Source: Myxococcota bacterium
Lineage (GTDB): Bacteria; Myxococcota_A; Polyangia; Nannocystales; Nannocystaceae
Reading direction: 5' to 3'
Length of the DNA stretch: 64,000 nucleotides
Assembly: GCA_039194325.1 (NCBI GenBank)
Contig: JBCCWC010000003.1
Coordinates: 128,001-192,000 of the forward strand
Shown here: in pieces, positions 31,083-41,043 of the stretch
Numbering within the stretch: position 1 is the stretch's first letter
How the letters are laid out: each line of letters opens with the position of its first letter
The notes under the pieces: model-generated
Databases searched by the model: none
What the model was told of the DNA's origin: nothing
Seen by the model: the letters and a program-made list of their open reading frames with translations, nothing else
Program-made: the position numbers and the translations under genes

Positions 31083-32693
31083 ATGCGGACCGCTCTGGCT
31101 TTTATAACGGGCATCAGCGTCTCGGCGCTGGGCTGTGGTGATGACACGAGCATGGCCGGCGACGAAACCTCGTCGAGTGGGAGCACCTCGGTCGCGACCG
31201 CACTCGATGACGGGATCGGCGAGCCGGACCCGAGCACGTCGAGCGGATCGAGCGGTGGGTCGACGACGAGCGACGATAGCTCGTTCGACACGAGCAGTTC
31301 CGGGGCAGGCTCGTCGTCGACCGGTCCCGCCGTCGAGTGTGGCGATGGCGTGACCGAGGGTGACGAAGTCTGTGACGGCGCCGACCTGGGCGAGCAGACC
31401 TGCATGACCCAGGGCTTCGAAGGCGGAACGCTGGGCTGCGCCGACGACTGCTCGGACTATGACACCAGCGGCTGCTCGGCGGCCGTCTGCGGCAACCAGA
31501 TCGCCGAAGGGCCCGAGCTGTGCGACGGGGCCGACCACGGGAGGGCCACCTGCATGTCGGAGGGGTTTGACAGTGGCTCGCTCTCCTGTGAGATCGATTG
31601 CCAGACCTTCGATACCAGCGGGTGTGGAACCTGCGGCAACGTGATCGTGGACGGCGATGAGGTCTGTGACGACATCGTGCTCTTCGGTCAAACCTGCGTA
31701 AGCCAGGGGTTCGACAGCGGGATGCTGGCCTGCATGCCCGATTGCCTCACCTACGACACCAGCGGGTGTGGGACCTGCGGCAACGGGCTCATCGATGGCG
31801 ACGAGCTGTGCGACGGGGTCGACAACGGGGGCGAGACTTGCCTCAGCCTCGGTTTCGACAGCGGGACGCTCGGGGCCTGTCAGGCCAGCTGCACCGCCTT
31901 CGACACCGTCGGTTGCGGGACGTGTGGCAACAACGTCATCGACGGCGACGAGCTGTGTGACGGCAGCGACGTGGGGGGGCAGACCTGCCTGAGCCAAGGC
32001 TACGACAACGGTGATCTGCTCTGCGACGCCAGCTGTGGAGCCTACGATCTGGGGACCTGCGGGATCTGTGGCAATGGGGTGGCCGACGGCGGCGAAGACT
32101 GCGACGGCCTCGATCTGGGGGGGCAGACCTGCGTGTCCCTGGGAGGAGGGGGCGGCACCCTGGGCTGCGACGCGACCTGCGGCTTCGACTTCATCGGCTG
32201 TGACTTCTTACCGCAGCAGTACGACCTGAGCCTGCCCAACAGCATGGGCACCACCAGCAACTTCTTCCGCGGCCACGGCTTCGATGCCGACGGCGACGGC
32301 ACGTTGCTCGACTTCGACGTCTACCTCGACCTGGGAGCGCCCTGCGATCTGGACTTCTACGTCTTCGAGGCACCCGCCTTGGGAGGGCCCTACACCCAGG
32401 TGGTGCGGACCACGGTCAACTCCGGGCCCGGGCTCGATTACTACGCGGCCGGGATCCCCCCGGTGCCGATCACCAACGGCATGTACTACATGACCGGTGT
32501 GGCGTGGAACTGCATGGCGACCTACTACTGGGACAGCACGGGGGCCTTCGCGGGGGTCGACGGCGGGATCGGGATCTTCAACATCAGCCACTGGGACAAC
32601 ACCTACCCGGGGGCGTCGGACGCCTACGTGCCGCCCAACAATGGTAGCGGCAACACGGTGTACGTGCACCGGATCCTCTACTCGGGGCTGTAG
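31083..32693 (+). CDS. Cys-rich repeat lipoprotein (myxococcal CGNG..E.CDG repeats) with C-terminal beta domain
   Basis: Lipobox ALGC, Ser/Thr linker, six ~50-aa Cys repeats. Confidence 0.88.
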   Translation: MRTALAFITGISVSALGCGDDTSMAGDETSSSGSTSVATALDDGIGEPDPSTSSGSSGGSTTSDDSSFDTSSSGAGSSSTGPAVECGDGVTEGDEVCDGADLGEQTCMTQGFEGGTLGCADDCSDYDTSGCSAAVCGNQIAEGPELCDGADHGRATCMSEGFDSGSLSCEIDCQTFDTSGCGTCGNVIVDGDEVCDDIVLFGQTCVSQGFDSGMLACMPDCLTYDTSGCGTCGNGLIDGDELCDGVDNGGETCLSLGFDSGTLGACQASCTAFDTVGCGTCGNNVIDGDELCDGSDVGGQTCLSQGYDNGDLLCDASCGAYDLGTCGICGNGVADGGEDCDGLDLGGQTCVSLGGGGGTLGCDATCGFDFIGCDFLPQQYDLSLPNSMGTTSNFFRGHGFDADGDGTLLDFDVYLDLGAPCDLDFYVFEAPALGGPYTQVVRTTVNSGPGLDYYAAGIPPVPITNGMYYMTGVAWNCMATYYWDSTGAFAGVDGGIGIFNISHWDNTYPGASDAYVPPNNGSGNTVYVHRILYSGL

Positions 32694-32745
32694 ATCTGGC
32701 CGTAGATCTGGCCCGATCTACGGGCCGCCGGGCGAAGGCCCGCGC

Positions 32746-33213
32746 TCACCCTTTGTTCTGCTCGGGTGCTGGCCTGCGCTCCGGCTCCGGGCCTAGATCC
32801 CGCCGGTACGGTCCGATCATCTCCCGGAATTCCGTCGACCAGGATACCGGTCGCTTCGTCTGCGGATCCACCCGCACGATCACCCGCTGTCCCTTAGCGT
32901 GATCGACGTCCTCGTCCAGCGGCATGACCCGCAGCCCGAAGGTCAGCGAGGTATTCCCCAGTGTCTCCACCCAAACCCGCACCCGCACCTGGCCGGTGCC
33001 CGTGACCGGACGCAGGTACTCGATGTGGTTGGATCGCACCAGGTGGTACTGGTCGGGGTTCTCGTTGAAGTCGAGCGCCCCGCCCCAGCCCATGTGCCGC
33101 CAGAACGACCCGATCGCGTGCTCGAACAGCAGCAGGTATCGGGCGTTGTGGAGGATCTGGAACGCGTCGAGGTCGTCGAAGTAGACCCCGTGAATCCGCT
33201 CGTGGAAGCGCAT
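32746..33213 (-). CDS. Acyl-CoA thioesterase (4HBT/YbgC family)
   Basis: VYFDDLDAFQILHNARYLLLFE, IEYLRP, LGNTSL hot-dog motifs. Confidence 0.9.
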   Translation of the reverse strand: MRFHERIHGVYFDDLDAFQILHNARYLLLFEHAIGSFWRHMGWGGALDFNENPDQYHLVRSNHIEYLRPVTGTGQVRVRVWVETLGNTSLTFGLRVMPLDEDVDHAKGQRVIVRVDPQTKRPVSWSTEFREMIGPYRRDLGPEPERRPAPEQNKG

Positions 33214-33227
33214 GGGGCTCGCCGTGC

Positions 33228-34427
33228 TCAGCTCAGGGCCATCAGTCGGTCGATGTTGGCCTTGAGCAGGGCGCTCAGCTCGTGCATCTGGGCCGCGCGC
33301 AGGCGCGGCAGATCGATGACGAAGTCGGTGCGGCGATCCTTGGAGAACATGCCGGTCTTGTCGACCTCGAGCCAGATCTTCATGTTGGTGCCCAGGTACT
33401 GGATGATGACGTTGATGGCGTCGATGCCCACGCGGCGGGCGAGCTGTGCGGGCGGGTGGAACTTGCCCTTGAACTCCTGGCCCAGCGGCTTGGACTCGAG
33501 GTCGACCACGCGGAAATCGAGCGCACCCAGGGCGTCACGGATCCGCTCGATGTCGCTGTTGCGCATGGTGATCGGCACCTCCACGTCGATGTCGTAGGCC
33601 CACGCGATGTCGACATAGCCGCGCAGCTCCCAGTGCACGTCTTTGCCGCTGATCGAGGTGGCCGAGGGCACTCGCAGCTTGAAGGGCATGGGCACCACGT
33701 CGCCCTTCTTGCACTTCCACGGGCCCTGCTTGACGATCATGCGATCCCACGAGTGGCCCTTCTTGGCGCCCTTACGGTGCACCTCGACCAGATCGACGGT
33801 GATCGACGTGATCGTCTCGTTGTCCGTCGCGGTGAACTCGACAAAGCCCTCGAGGACGCTGTCGTTGGTGAAGGTGTCGGCGGGCAGGGCCACCAGGAGC
33901 ACACCGTTGTTGTTGGCGCCTTGGCGGCGATAGGTCAGCGCGGAGGGAAGCGGCGCCTGGGTACCGCCGACCGCCAGGCCCGTCGGGGTGGCCGCCGGAG
34001 CGGCCATAGGAGCGGCGGCCGGAGCCGACGGCGTGGAGTAGTGCGACTGCGCCTGCTGCTTGCGAGCTTCCATCATGGCCAGCAGCTCAGCGGGCAGGGC
34101 GCCCATGACCGTAGCGCCTTGCTGACCCCCTCCTTGCCACTGCACCGAAAGCGGCACATGGCCGACGAATATCTGCTGCCCTGGCAGCAGCTCGATCGGC
34201 TCTCGCCCCACGGGGGCGCCATTGATCCACGTGCCGTTCGACGACCCCATGTCCCGGACGAATGCACGACCATGCTGCAGGAACACCTCGCAGTGACGGC
34301 GTGACACGCTTGGGTCGGGCGTGACGAGGTTGACCGACTGCTCGTCGCGACCGATCAGCAAGTGGGGTGTGGCCTCGGTGAGCGCGGCGATCGAGTGGCC
34401 GATCTGAAGCTGAATCGTTCCCTGCAT
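33228..34427 (-). CDS. FHA domain fused to Spo0M-like (arrestin-fold) domain
   Basis: FHA: IGR, SVSRRH, DMGSSNGTWING; Spo0M-like: WELRGYVDIAWAYD, DALGALDF, QEF. Confidence 0.8.
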   Translation of the reverse strand: MQGTIQLQIGHSIAALTEATPHLLIGRDEQSVNLVTPDPSVSRRHCEVFLQHGRAFVRDMGSSNGTWINGAPVGREPIELLPGQQIFVGHVPLSVQWQGGGQQGATVMGALPAELLAMMEARKQQAQSHYSTPSAPAAAPMAAPAATPTGLAVGGTQAPLPSALTYRRQGANNNGVLLVALPADTFTNDSVLEGFVEFTATDNETITSITVDLVEVHRKGAKKGHSWDRMIVKQGPWKCKKGDVVPMPFKLRVPSATSISGKDVHWELRGYVDIAWAYDIDVEVPITMRNSDIERIRDALGALDFRVVDLESKPLGQEFKGKFHPPAQLARRVGIDAINVIIQYLGTNMKIWLEVDKTGMFSKDRRTDFVIDLPRLRAAQMHELSALLKANIDRLMALS

Positions 34428-34566
34428 GGGGCCTCCGGGGGTTCGGTTCGGCGGAGCCGGACCTTAGCATGCCCGATGCGCGGAATTGGACGACGTTCGG
34501 CCGTGGTGCGGCCGGAGTGAGGCCCGCGCACCAAGGGGCAGCCAGACGGGCTGCTATGTTGTCGCC

Positions 34567-36021
34567 GTGCGAAGGTTACCCCTTACGTTCACCGTCACAC
34601 TCTTGGTGCTCAGCTGCGGCGACGACATCCCGCCGGGCTCGGATGGCTCGAATGGCTCGAGCGGCTCTACCGGATCCGATCCGACGGGCAGCACGAGCAC
34701 CATGACGCCCACCGGGAGCACCACCGTTGATCCGAGCTCGAGCACGGGCCCCATGACCACCGGGGTGGACTCGTCGTCCAGCGGGATCCCGGTCGAGTGC
34801 GGCAACGGGATGGTCGAGGGCGACGAGCAGTGCGACGACGAGAACGACGTCAACGGCGACGGCTGCTATTCTGATTGCACGCTCCCCTACGAGGTGCTGT
34901 GGACCGAGACTCACGACGAGGCCGGGGACGCGGACTTCGCCAACAAGGCGCTATTCGATGCCGAGGGCAACCTCTACGTGCTCGGTAATGTCGAGGTGGC
35001 CGGCCAGGGCTCCGACCTGTGGCTGCGCCAGTACCTGCCCGATGGTAGCGCCGGCTGGACCTACACCTACAACGGGATGGCCAACGAGGACGAGTTCGGT
35101 ACTCACCTCGCCTGGCACGATAGCGGCGACCTGTTGGTGGTGGGCAGCACCGAGACCGAGACCGAGGACGACATCCTGGTGATGCGGCTGGGCATCAGCA
35201 ATCAGACCCCGGTGTGGACCGACATCTACAGTGGGCCGGGGACGGGGCCCGAGCCCATCGATGTGACCGATTTTGGCGATGGGATCTTCGGAGCCGCCAA
35301 CGGCGACGTGCTGGTCGCCGGGACGCAGCGGGTCGACGGGCAGGAGTACGATATGTGGCTGCGCCGCTACGACGCCGAGGGGAACGAGCTGTGGACGCAG
35401 ACCGTCAACAATGATGCGTTCAATGGTAGCGACTCCGCCGACTCGGTGCTGGAGGATTCCAACGGTGACATCTACCTGGTGGGGGCGACCGAGGTCGCCC
35501 AGTCGATGTTCGAGGCCTGGATCCGCAAGTACGACAGCGCGGGCGTCGAGATCTGGACTCAGCAGCTCCCGGACCGCCGGGTCCGCGAGGCTGCGCTCGA
35601 CCCCATGAACAACCTGGTGCTCGCGGGCTTCAACATTGGGGCCAGTCTCGACCTATGGGTCGCCAAGTACGACCCGGACTTCAACGAGATCGGGAGCACC
35701 GGCCACGACGGACCTTCGGGACTGGCGGACATCGCCCGGGGCGTCGCCGTGGATGCCGCGGGCGACGTGTATCTCGGCGGCTTCGTCACCGTGGTCGGCG
35801 AGGTCGAAAACGTGTGGATCGGCCGCTATCAGTCCGACCTTCAGATGCGCTGGTGGAGCGATTCCTACGGCAACGAGGACTCGACCCTGACCGATGAGGC
35901 CGGCAGCGTCGCCGTCAGCGACGACGGCACCCGCGTGGCGGTGGTGGGCTTCGAGTCGGTGATCGGCCAGGACGCGAACGTCTGGGTTCGCATGTATCAG
36001 AACAACCCCGTGCCGCAGTAG
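34567..36021 (+). CDS. Lipoprotein with Cys-rich motif and beta-propeller
   Basis: Lipobox VLSC; CGNGMVEGDEQCDD; repeated DLWLRQY/DMWLRRY/WIRKY propeller blades. Confidence 0.85.
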   Translation: MRRLPLTFTVTLLVLSCGDDIPPGSDGSNGSSGSTGSDPTGSTSTMTPTGSTTVDPSSSTGPMTTGVDSSSSGIPVECGNGMVEGDEQCDDENDVNGDGCYSDCTLPYEVLWTETHDEAGDADFANKALFDAEGNLYVLGNVEVAGQGSDLWLRQYLPDGSAGWTYTYNGMANEDEFGTHLAWHDSGDLLVVGSTETETEDDILVMRLGISNQTPVWTDIYSGPGTGPEPIDVTDFGDGIFGAANGDVLVAGTQRVDGQEYDMWLRRYDAEGNELWTQTVNNDAFNGSDSADSVLEDSNGDIYLVGATEVAQSMFEAWIRKYDSAGVEIWTQQLPDRRVREAALDPMNNLVLAGFNIGASLDLWVAKYDPDFNEIGSTGHDGPSGLADIARGVAVDAAGDVYLGGFVTVVGEVENVWIGRYQSDLQMRWWSDSYGNEDSTLTDEAGSVAVSDDGTRVAVVGFESVIGQDANVWVRMYQNNPVPQ

Positions 36022-36096
36022 GGTGCTCGGGGGTCGACCGCCGTGCTCTTACGAGCCGGCGGGCCTGAGCCCTCGCGTGCGGTCTCCTCGAGCGCT

Positions 36097-36699
36097 TTAT
36101 ATCGGGCGGGGATTGGCCGCTGGCTTGCCGCCTTTCCTTCGAATGTAGGGAACGCCCGCGGTACGGGGTCGCTTGATCTTACCCCTTCGTCTCGGTCGCT
36201 TCGTCTCGGTCACGGGTGTTGGGGGGTCGCAGGGCTCGTCGACGACGGTCAGTGGTGGTACGGGCACCGGGGTCGCCTCGCCGGCTTCGCCATGGGGGAT
36301 GATCTCGGTTTGGGTCTGGAAGACCGTCGACTCCACCTCGTGCGATCGCACGGTCTGGTTACCGTGCGGGGCACAGGCGGCCAGCGCCGCGGCCATTCCC
36401 ACCCCGGCGACCGCGGCCGCGACATTGCGGGGGCGGCGCAGTCGGGACAGGGGCACCAGCGGGGCGGGGCGGGGGGTTGGCTGGAAGTGCAGCGTGCCGT
36501 CTTGTTCGTGCTCGTAGCTGATGCAGATGTCGTTGCTGGCGTTGGCCTGCAGGAAGTCGCGTGCTTCTTGCTCGGTCATCGACGAGAGATCGTGGACCTT
36601 CTTGCGGCACTCGAAGCAGAACTTGCCCCGCTGCTCGGGTCGCATGGCATCCCAGTCGGCGTGGCACGGCTCGGGGATCTCGATGTCCTGGCTTCGCAC
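36097..36699 (-). CDS. Hypothetical protein with N-terminal four-Cys domain, TM/lipobox and Pro-rich tail
   Basis: IPEPCHADWDAM...KFCFECRKKVHDLS...ICISY motif, then hydrophobic segment ending LAAC; start inferred at GTG 36699. Confidence 0.72.
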   Translation of the reverse strand: MRSQDIEIPEPCHADWDAMRPEQRGKFCFECRKKVHDLSSMTEQEARDFLQANASNDICISYEHEQDGTLHFQPTPRPAPLVPLSRLRRPRNVAAAVAGVGMAAALAACAPHGNQTVRSHEVESTVFQTQTEIIPHGEAGEATPVPVPPLTVVDEPCDPPTPVTETKRPRRRGKIKRPRTAGVPYIRRKGGKPAANPRPI

Positions 36700-36790
36700 G
36701 CGTCGGACCAACGAGCCGGAGGTCGAAGCGATCTGGCAAAAGATCCAGACGGCCCACGGGTGGCGGGTTTGCGGGGTACCATCGGGGCTC

Positions 36791-38275
36791 GTGGAGCGCG
36801 CACGACCCCCTCGCAAGCGTCGTTGGATCCGTTTTCTCGGGCTGGGCCTGGTCGCCTTGCTGGTGGTGATGGTGACCCGGGGCGTGCTCAATGGTCCCGA
36901 GGCCTTCGATCCGGGGCCAGCGCCCGCGTTGCCGGCGGTGGATCCCGCGCTCGCGGCCGAGCGCTTGGCCACCGCGGTGCGGATCGAGACGATCACGCCC
37001 GATCCCGCGCATCCCGAGCGGGTCGAGGCGATGGAGGCGCTCCATGCCTACCTCGAGCGCGAATTTCCGCGAGTGCACCAAGCGATGGAGCGCGAGGTGG
37101 TGTCTGAGCTATCGCTGCTCTATCGCTGGCCGGGCTCGGATCCCGCAGCCGAGCCGATCCTGCTGCTTGCCCATATGGACGTGGTGCCGGTGGAGCCGGG
37201 GACCGAGGGGGACTGGACCCGCCCGCCGTTTTCCGGGGACATCGTCGATGGCGTGATCTGGGGTCGCGGCACCATGGACGACAAGGCGGGCGTGATCGGC
37301 CTGATGTCGGCGGCCGAGCGTCTACTCGAAGCGGGGTTCGTACCCGCTCGGACCCTCGTGATCGCCATGGGGCACGACGAGGAGGTCGGGGGTACGCAGG
37401 GAGCCAAGGTCATCGCCGAGCAGCTGGAGAGCCGGGGCGAGCGCTTTATGTTCGTGCTCGACGAGGGCGGGGCGATCATCAGCGAAGCGATCCCCGGCCT
37501 CGACCGCCAGGCGGCGATGGTGGGGGTCGCCGAGAAGGGCCACGCGACCATCGAGGTGACCCTGCAGGGCGAAGGCGGCCATTCATCGATGCCTCCGCCG
37601 CAAGGGTCGATCGGCCGGCTCGCCGAGGCGGTACGTCGGCTCGAGGACGACCCCATGCCGGCACAGATCGAGGGTGCCACCCGGATGATGCTGGAGACCA
37701 TGGCGCCCCATATGCGGATGGACATGCGGATCGCCTTGTCCAACCTGTGGGTGCTCTCGCCGGCGATCGAGCGTGTGCTTGCCGCACGGCCGGCCAGCAA
37801 CGCGACCTTGCGGACCACGCTCGCCCCCACGATGTTCGATGCTGGTATTGCGCCCAACGTGCTCGCCTCGAAGGCCATGGTCACGTTCAATTCCCGGATC
37901 ATGCCCGGGCAGACCGTCGACGACGTGATGGAGCATGTTCGCGAGGTGATCGACGAGCCGGACGCCGAGATCCGCTGCACCAAGTGCTGGGAGCCCTCCG
38001 CGATCTCCTCGGTGGACGACGAGGGGTTCGACGTGGTGCGGCGGGCGATCGCCCACGTGTTTCCCGACGTGGTGACCGTGCCCTATTTGGTGGTCGGTGC
38101 GACCGACTCGCGCTACTACTCGCACCTGGCGCGGGCGACCTATCGGTTCTTGCCGCTGCGCATGCGGGCAGCGGATCGCAAGCGCATGCACGGTACCGAC
38201 GAGCAGAACACAGTCGAGGGCATGGCCGACGGGGTGCGGTTCTATATGGCGGTGATGATGCTGGCCGCGGGGTGA
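36791..38275 (+). CDS. M20 family peptidase (PM20D1/carboxypeptidase S-like)
   Basis: AHMDVVP, GRGTMDDK, HDEE, DEGG, GGHSS, GATDSRYY, MHGTDE. Confidence 0.93.
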   Translation: MERARPPRKRRWIRFLGLGLVALLVVMVTRGVLNGPEAFDPGPAPALPAVDPALAAERLATAVRIETITPDPAHPERVEAMEALHAYLEREFPRVHQAMEREVVSELSLLYRWPGSDPAAEPILLLAHMDVVPVEPGTEGDWTRPPFSGDIVDGVIWGRGTMDDKAGVIGLMSAAERLLEAGFVPARTLVIAMGHDEEVGGTQGAKVIAEQLESRGERFMFVLDEGGAIISEAIPGLDRQAAMVGVAEKGHATIEVTLQGEGGHSSMPPPQGSIGRLAEAVRRLEDDPMPAQIEGATRMMLETMAPHMRMDMRIALSNLWVLSPAIERVLAARPASNATLRTTLAPTMFDAGIAPNVLASKAMVTFNSRIMPGQTVDDVMEHVREVIDEPDAEIRCTKCWEPSAISSVDDEGFDVVRRAIAHVFPDVVTVPYLVVGATDSRYYSHLARATYRFLPLRMRAADRKRMHGTDEQNTVEGMADGVRFYMAVMMLAAG

Positions 38276-38550
38276 GCGGGTGCGCGGCGGGGGGCTGCGA
38301 GACGAGCGCGAAGCCGGACCTTCGAAGCCAACCCTTGGGAAGTAGCGGTGTTGGCGCAGTCGTGACCGGCAGCCGCGAATGTTTGTTGGGTACCTCCCGA
38401 GTCGCTTGGAGTTGTGAGATCTCCAGCACTTCCGAGCGTTCCGCCTGGTCCTATTGGCGGGTCCTGCTACGATTTTGAAGGTTTGGGGCCGGTTTGCCGT
38501 CTGACCGGCCTCTGCTCGACCCCCCCGCGAATTGCCGGAGAGCCCGTCCG

Positions 38551-39153
38551 TTGCGCGTCTTCAAGAAACTCCTCGCCATCGTTGCTCTGGGTCTTTGCGT
38601 CGGGCTGTCGTCCGGTCCGGCCGATGCTCACCTGGCCAAGTGGGGCAGCTGGGAGATCACCCACCGCAACTTGATGCGGCTGTTTCCCGACGCCGACCCC
38701 AACGCCTGGAAGATCAAGCGCTATCAGTACTCGGACAAAGAGGTGAAGATGCTCGAGAAGCAGCTGGGCTTCGAGCTCTATCCCGAGGACAAGGTCCCCG
38801 AGTTCTTCATCGCGCACGATTCCGAGGGCAACTTCTTGGGCGTGGCGATCTTCATCGACCCGCGCACCAAGCCCAAGATCCTCGACGGCGGCGTGCTGAC
38901 CCTCGAGGTGGGCATCGGGGTCAACGCCAAGGGCCAGATCAACCGGGTGCGCGTGTACGACTATCGCGGGAACGTGGAGCTGACCAAGAAGGAGTTCTTG
39001 GGGCAGCTCAAGGGGCGCACGCTGGAGTCGAATTTCACCATGGGCAAGGGCGGGCTCGAGCCGGTGGAGGGAGAGCTCGAAGAGAGCCAGCTGGTGAGCA
39101 ACGCCGGGCGTGAGGCGCTGTTGCTGATGAAGGTGGCGCTGGGGCGCCGCTGA
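38551..39153 (+). CDS. Secreted FMN-binding-domain-like protein lacking the canonical SGAT flavinylation motif
   Basis: Signal peptide; VGIGVNAKGQINRVRVYDYR, FLGQLKG, C-terminal helix pattern of FMN_bind; TTG start after GGAG. Confidence 0.65.
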   Translation: MRVFKKLLAIVALGLCVGLSSGPADAHLAKWGSWEITHRNLMRLFPDADPNAWKIKRYQYSDKEVKMLEKQLGFELYPEDKVPEFFIAHDSEGNFLGVAIFIDPRTKPKILDGGVLTLEVGIGVNAKGQINRVRVYDYRGNVELTKKEFLGQLKGRTLESNFTMGKGGLEPVEGELEESQLVSNAGREALLLMKVALGRR

Positions 39154-39280
39154 GCCCGCACGGGTTGAGTTCAACGTAGCCTCGGTCGCTCTGTGTGGGC
39201 GGCCTTGAGTCCGCACAAAAGGGCCTTTGTTCGTCGCCGTCCAAGGCTAAAATGATCATTTGGTAGCATCGCAAACCGCG

Positions 39281-40465
39281 ATGCACGGTCTTCCACACCA
39301 GCGCGTGACCATCGGCGCGTTCCGCGGCCTACGCTCTGTCGAGCTCTCGGGATGCGGCCGGGTCAACATCCTCGTTGGAGGCAACAACAGCGGCAAAACT
39401 TCCATCTTGGAAGCGCTGCTCATCTTGGCGAATCCCTTCAGCCTTGAGCAGTGGAGAGGAGTGATTGAGCTTCGTACCGCTTGGCCGCTGGTAGATCGTC
39501 GGTTTGGTCGTGTCGGGACAAATCGACTAGATTCGATTTCGTGGCTTTTTCCGCATATCGACGGTGAGCCGGCGGCAATCGAGCTTGCGGTCGGTGATCC
39601 ACCAAATGGACTGATCGCGACCGTGGAACGAATAATCGGCGAACCACCGGATCGCCCCATCGTGGAATCAGATGAGGTGATGGAAGCCAGCTTCGCACGG
39701 CGGAACACGCATGAGGATGAAGGTAGCGAAGAGCCACTTGAGCAATCTGGGCTAATCATCGAGGTGAGTCTCGGTAAGATGACTACTCAGAGTCACTCGT
39801 TCGACGCAATCGACGACTCATTTCGTATGGTCCTCTGGGAAAAAGGAGCACTTGCTCGAGGACAGGCCAAGTCGGCCTGGCCCTCCATCCCTGTGGCATT
39901 CGCCACCCCAATCTCTCACCGTAGCGATGGTTACTTGGCGGCTCATGTGAGTAAGATCCTTCGAAAAGATCGGAAGCCACGTGCCCTCGAGATCCTACGG
40001 CGGCTCGACTCGAGGGTTATGGATCTCATCATCGTTACTCCCGAAGACTCGGAGTCACGCTCAGTGATTCCCCGGCGTGGGTCGGCTCCAACACTTCATG
40101 TCGAGTTCGAGGGTACGGGTTTGGTACCTGTCCATGCCCTCGGAGACGGGGTTCGACGAGCTCTTCATTTCGCCATCTTGCTGGCTGATCTGGACCAGGG
40201 TGGCCTTCTCCTCATCGACGAGATCGAATCAGCGATGCACATCTCTGTGCTCTCACATGTCTTTGGCTGGCTCTCCAAGGAATGTCTTGAGCGAGGCGTT
40301 CAACTGTTCGCCACAACTCATAGTCTCGAGGCGGTCGACTCGATGCTCAGCGCGACACCGGATGAAGAGCTCACGGTATACCGGCTTCGAGATGGAAAGA
40401 CGCGTCGATTTAGCGGTGAAATTCTACGGGTCTCGCGGACCGAGCTTGGGCAGGAGCTCCGATAG
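39281..40465 (+). CDS. ABC-type/AAA ATPase (defence-associated type)
   Basis: GGNNSGKTS, LGDG, LIDEIES, TTHS; lower GC. Confidence 0.88.
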   Translation: MHGLPHQRVTIGAFRGLRSVELSGCGRVNILVGGNNSGKTSILEALLILANPFSLEQWRGVIELRTAWPLVDRRFGRVGTNRLDSISWLFPHIDGEPAAIELAVGDPPNGLIATVERIIGEPPDRPIVESDEVMEASFARRNTHEDEGSEEPLEQSGLIIEVSLGKMTTQSHSFDAIDDSFRMVLWEKGALARGQAKSAWPSIPVAFATPISHRSDGYLAAHVSKILRKDRKPRALEILRRLDSRVMDLIIVTPEDSESRSVIPRRGSAPTLHVEFEGTGLVPVHALGDGVRRALHFAILLADLDQGGLLLIDEIESAMHISVLSHVFGWLSKECLERGVQLFATTHSLEAVDSMLSATPDEELTVYRLRDGKTRRFSGEILRVSRTELGQELR

Positions 40466-41043
40466 TGATCCGCACCTATTTCGTTGTCGAAGGTCCTCAT
40501 GATGTCGAGGTCATCGGTCGGCTGCTTCGTCGGAGGGATTTACGACGGATCCGGCAACTCGAAAAACTAGAACCTTACTGGCATCCGCTCGTACCCAAGA
40601 GCTATCCGCCGGACGGCGACTTGCAAAAGCGGGTACCAGTTCCCGTATTCTTTGCTGGCGGTGGAAGGTCGATCGCGGTGCAGAGCGCGGGCGGAATCAA
40701 CAAAATTGGCACGTATACGCAGGTTGCTCTGATAAACCTCGATACGGAGCCCGATGCCGTCGGTATCCTCCTGGATGCTGATGAACGAGGACCCATTGAG
40801 ACCTGGAAGCAGTTGAGCGACAAACTCACGACCGTCAGTCTTGGCACGGGCCCTGGTGATGTCGCACAAGGGCCACCGCGCGCAGGTGCGTTCGTGCTAC
40901 CCGACAATGAAGCAAATGGAACGCTCGAGAACCTACTGCTGGAGTGCGCGAGTAAGACCTACCCAGGTCTGCTCCGAGAAGCTCAGATGTGGGTTGATGG
41001 GATAGATACAGAGACCAGGCCGTCCTTGAGCGTCTCGCGATAG
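40465..41043 (+). pseudogene. DUF3226-like (TOPRIM-related) partner, apparently C-terminally truncated
   Basis: VVEGPHD, LDAD, FVLPDNEANGTLENLL motifs; 1-nt overlap with ATPase; ends abruptly after WVDGID. Confidence 0.65.

Noticed and set aside
36521..36996. Apparent long overlap between the M20 peptidase and the divergent gene
   Set aside because: Disappears with inferred starts at 36791(+) and 36699(-)
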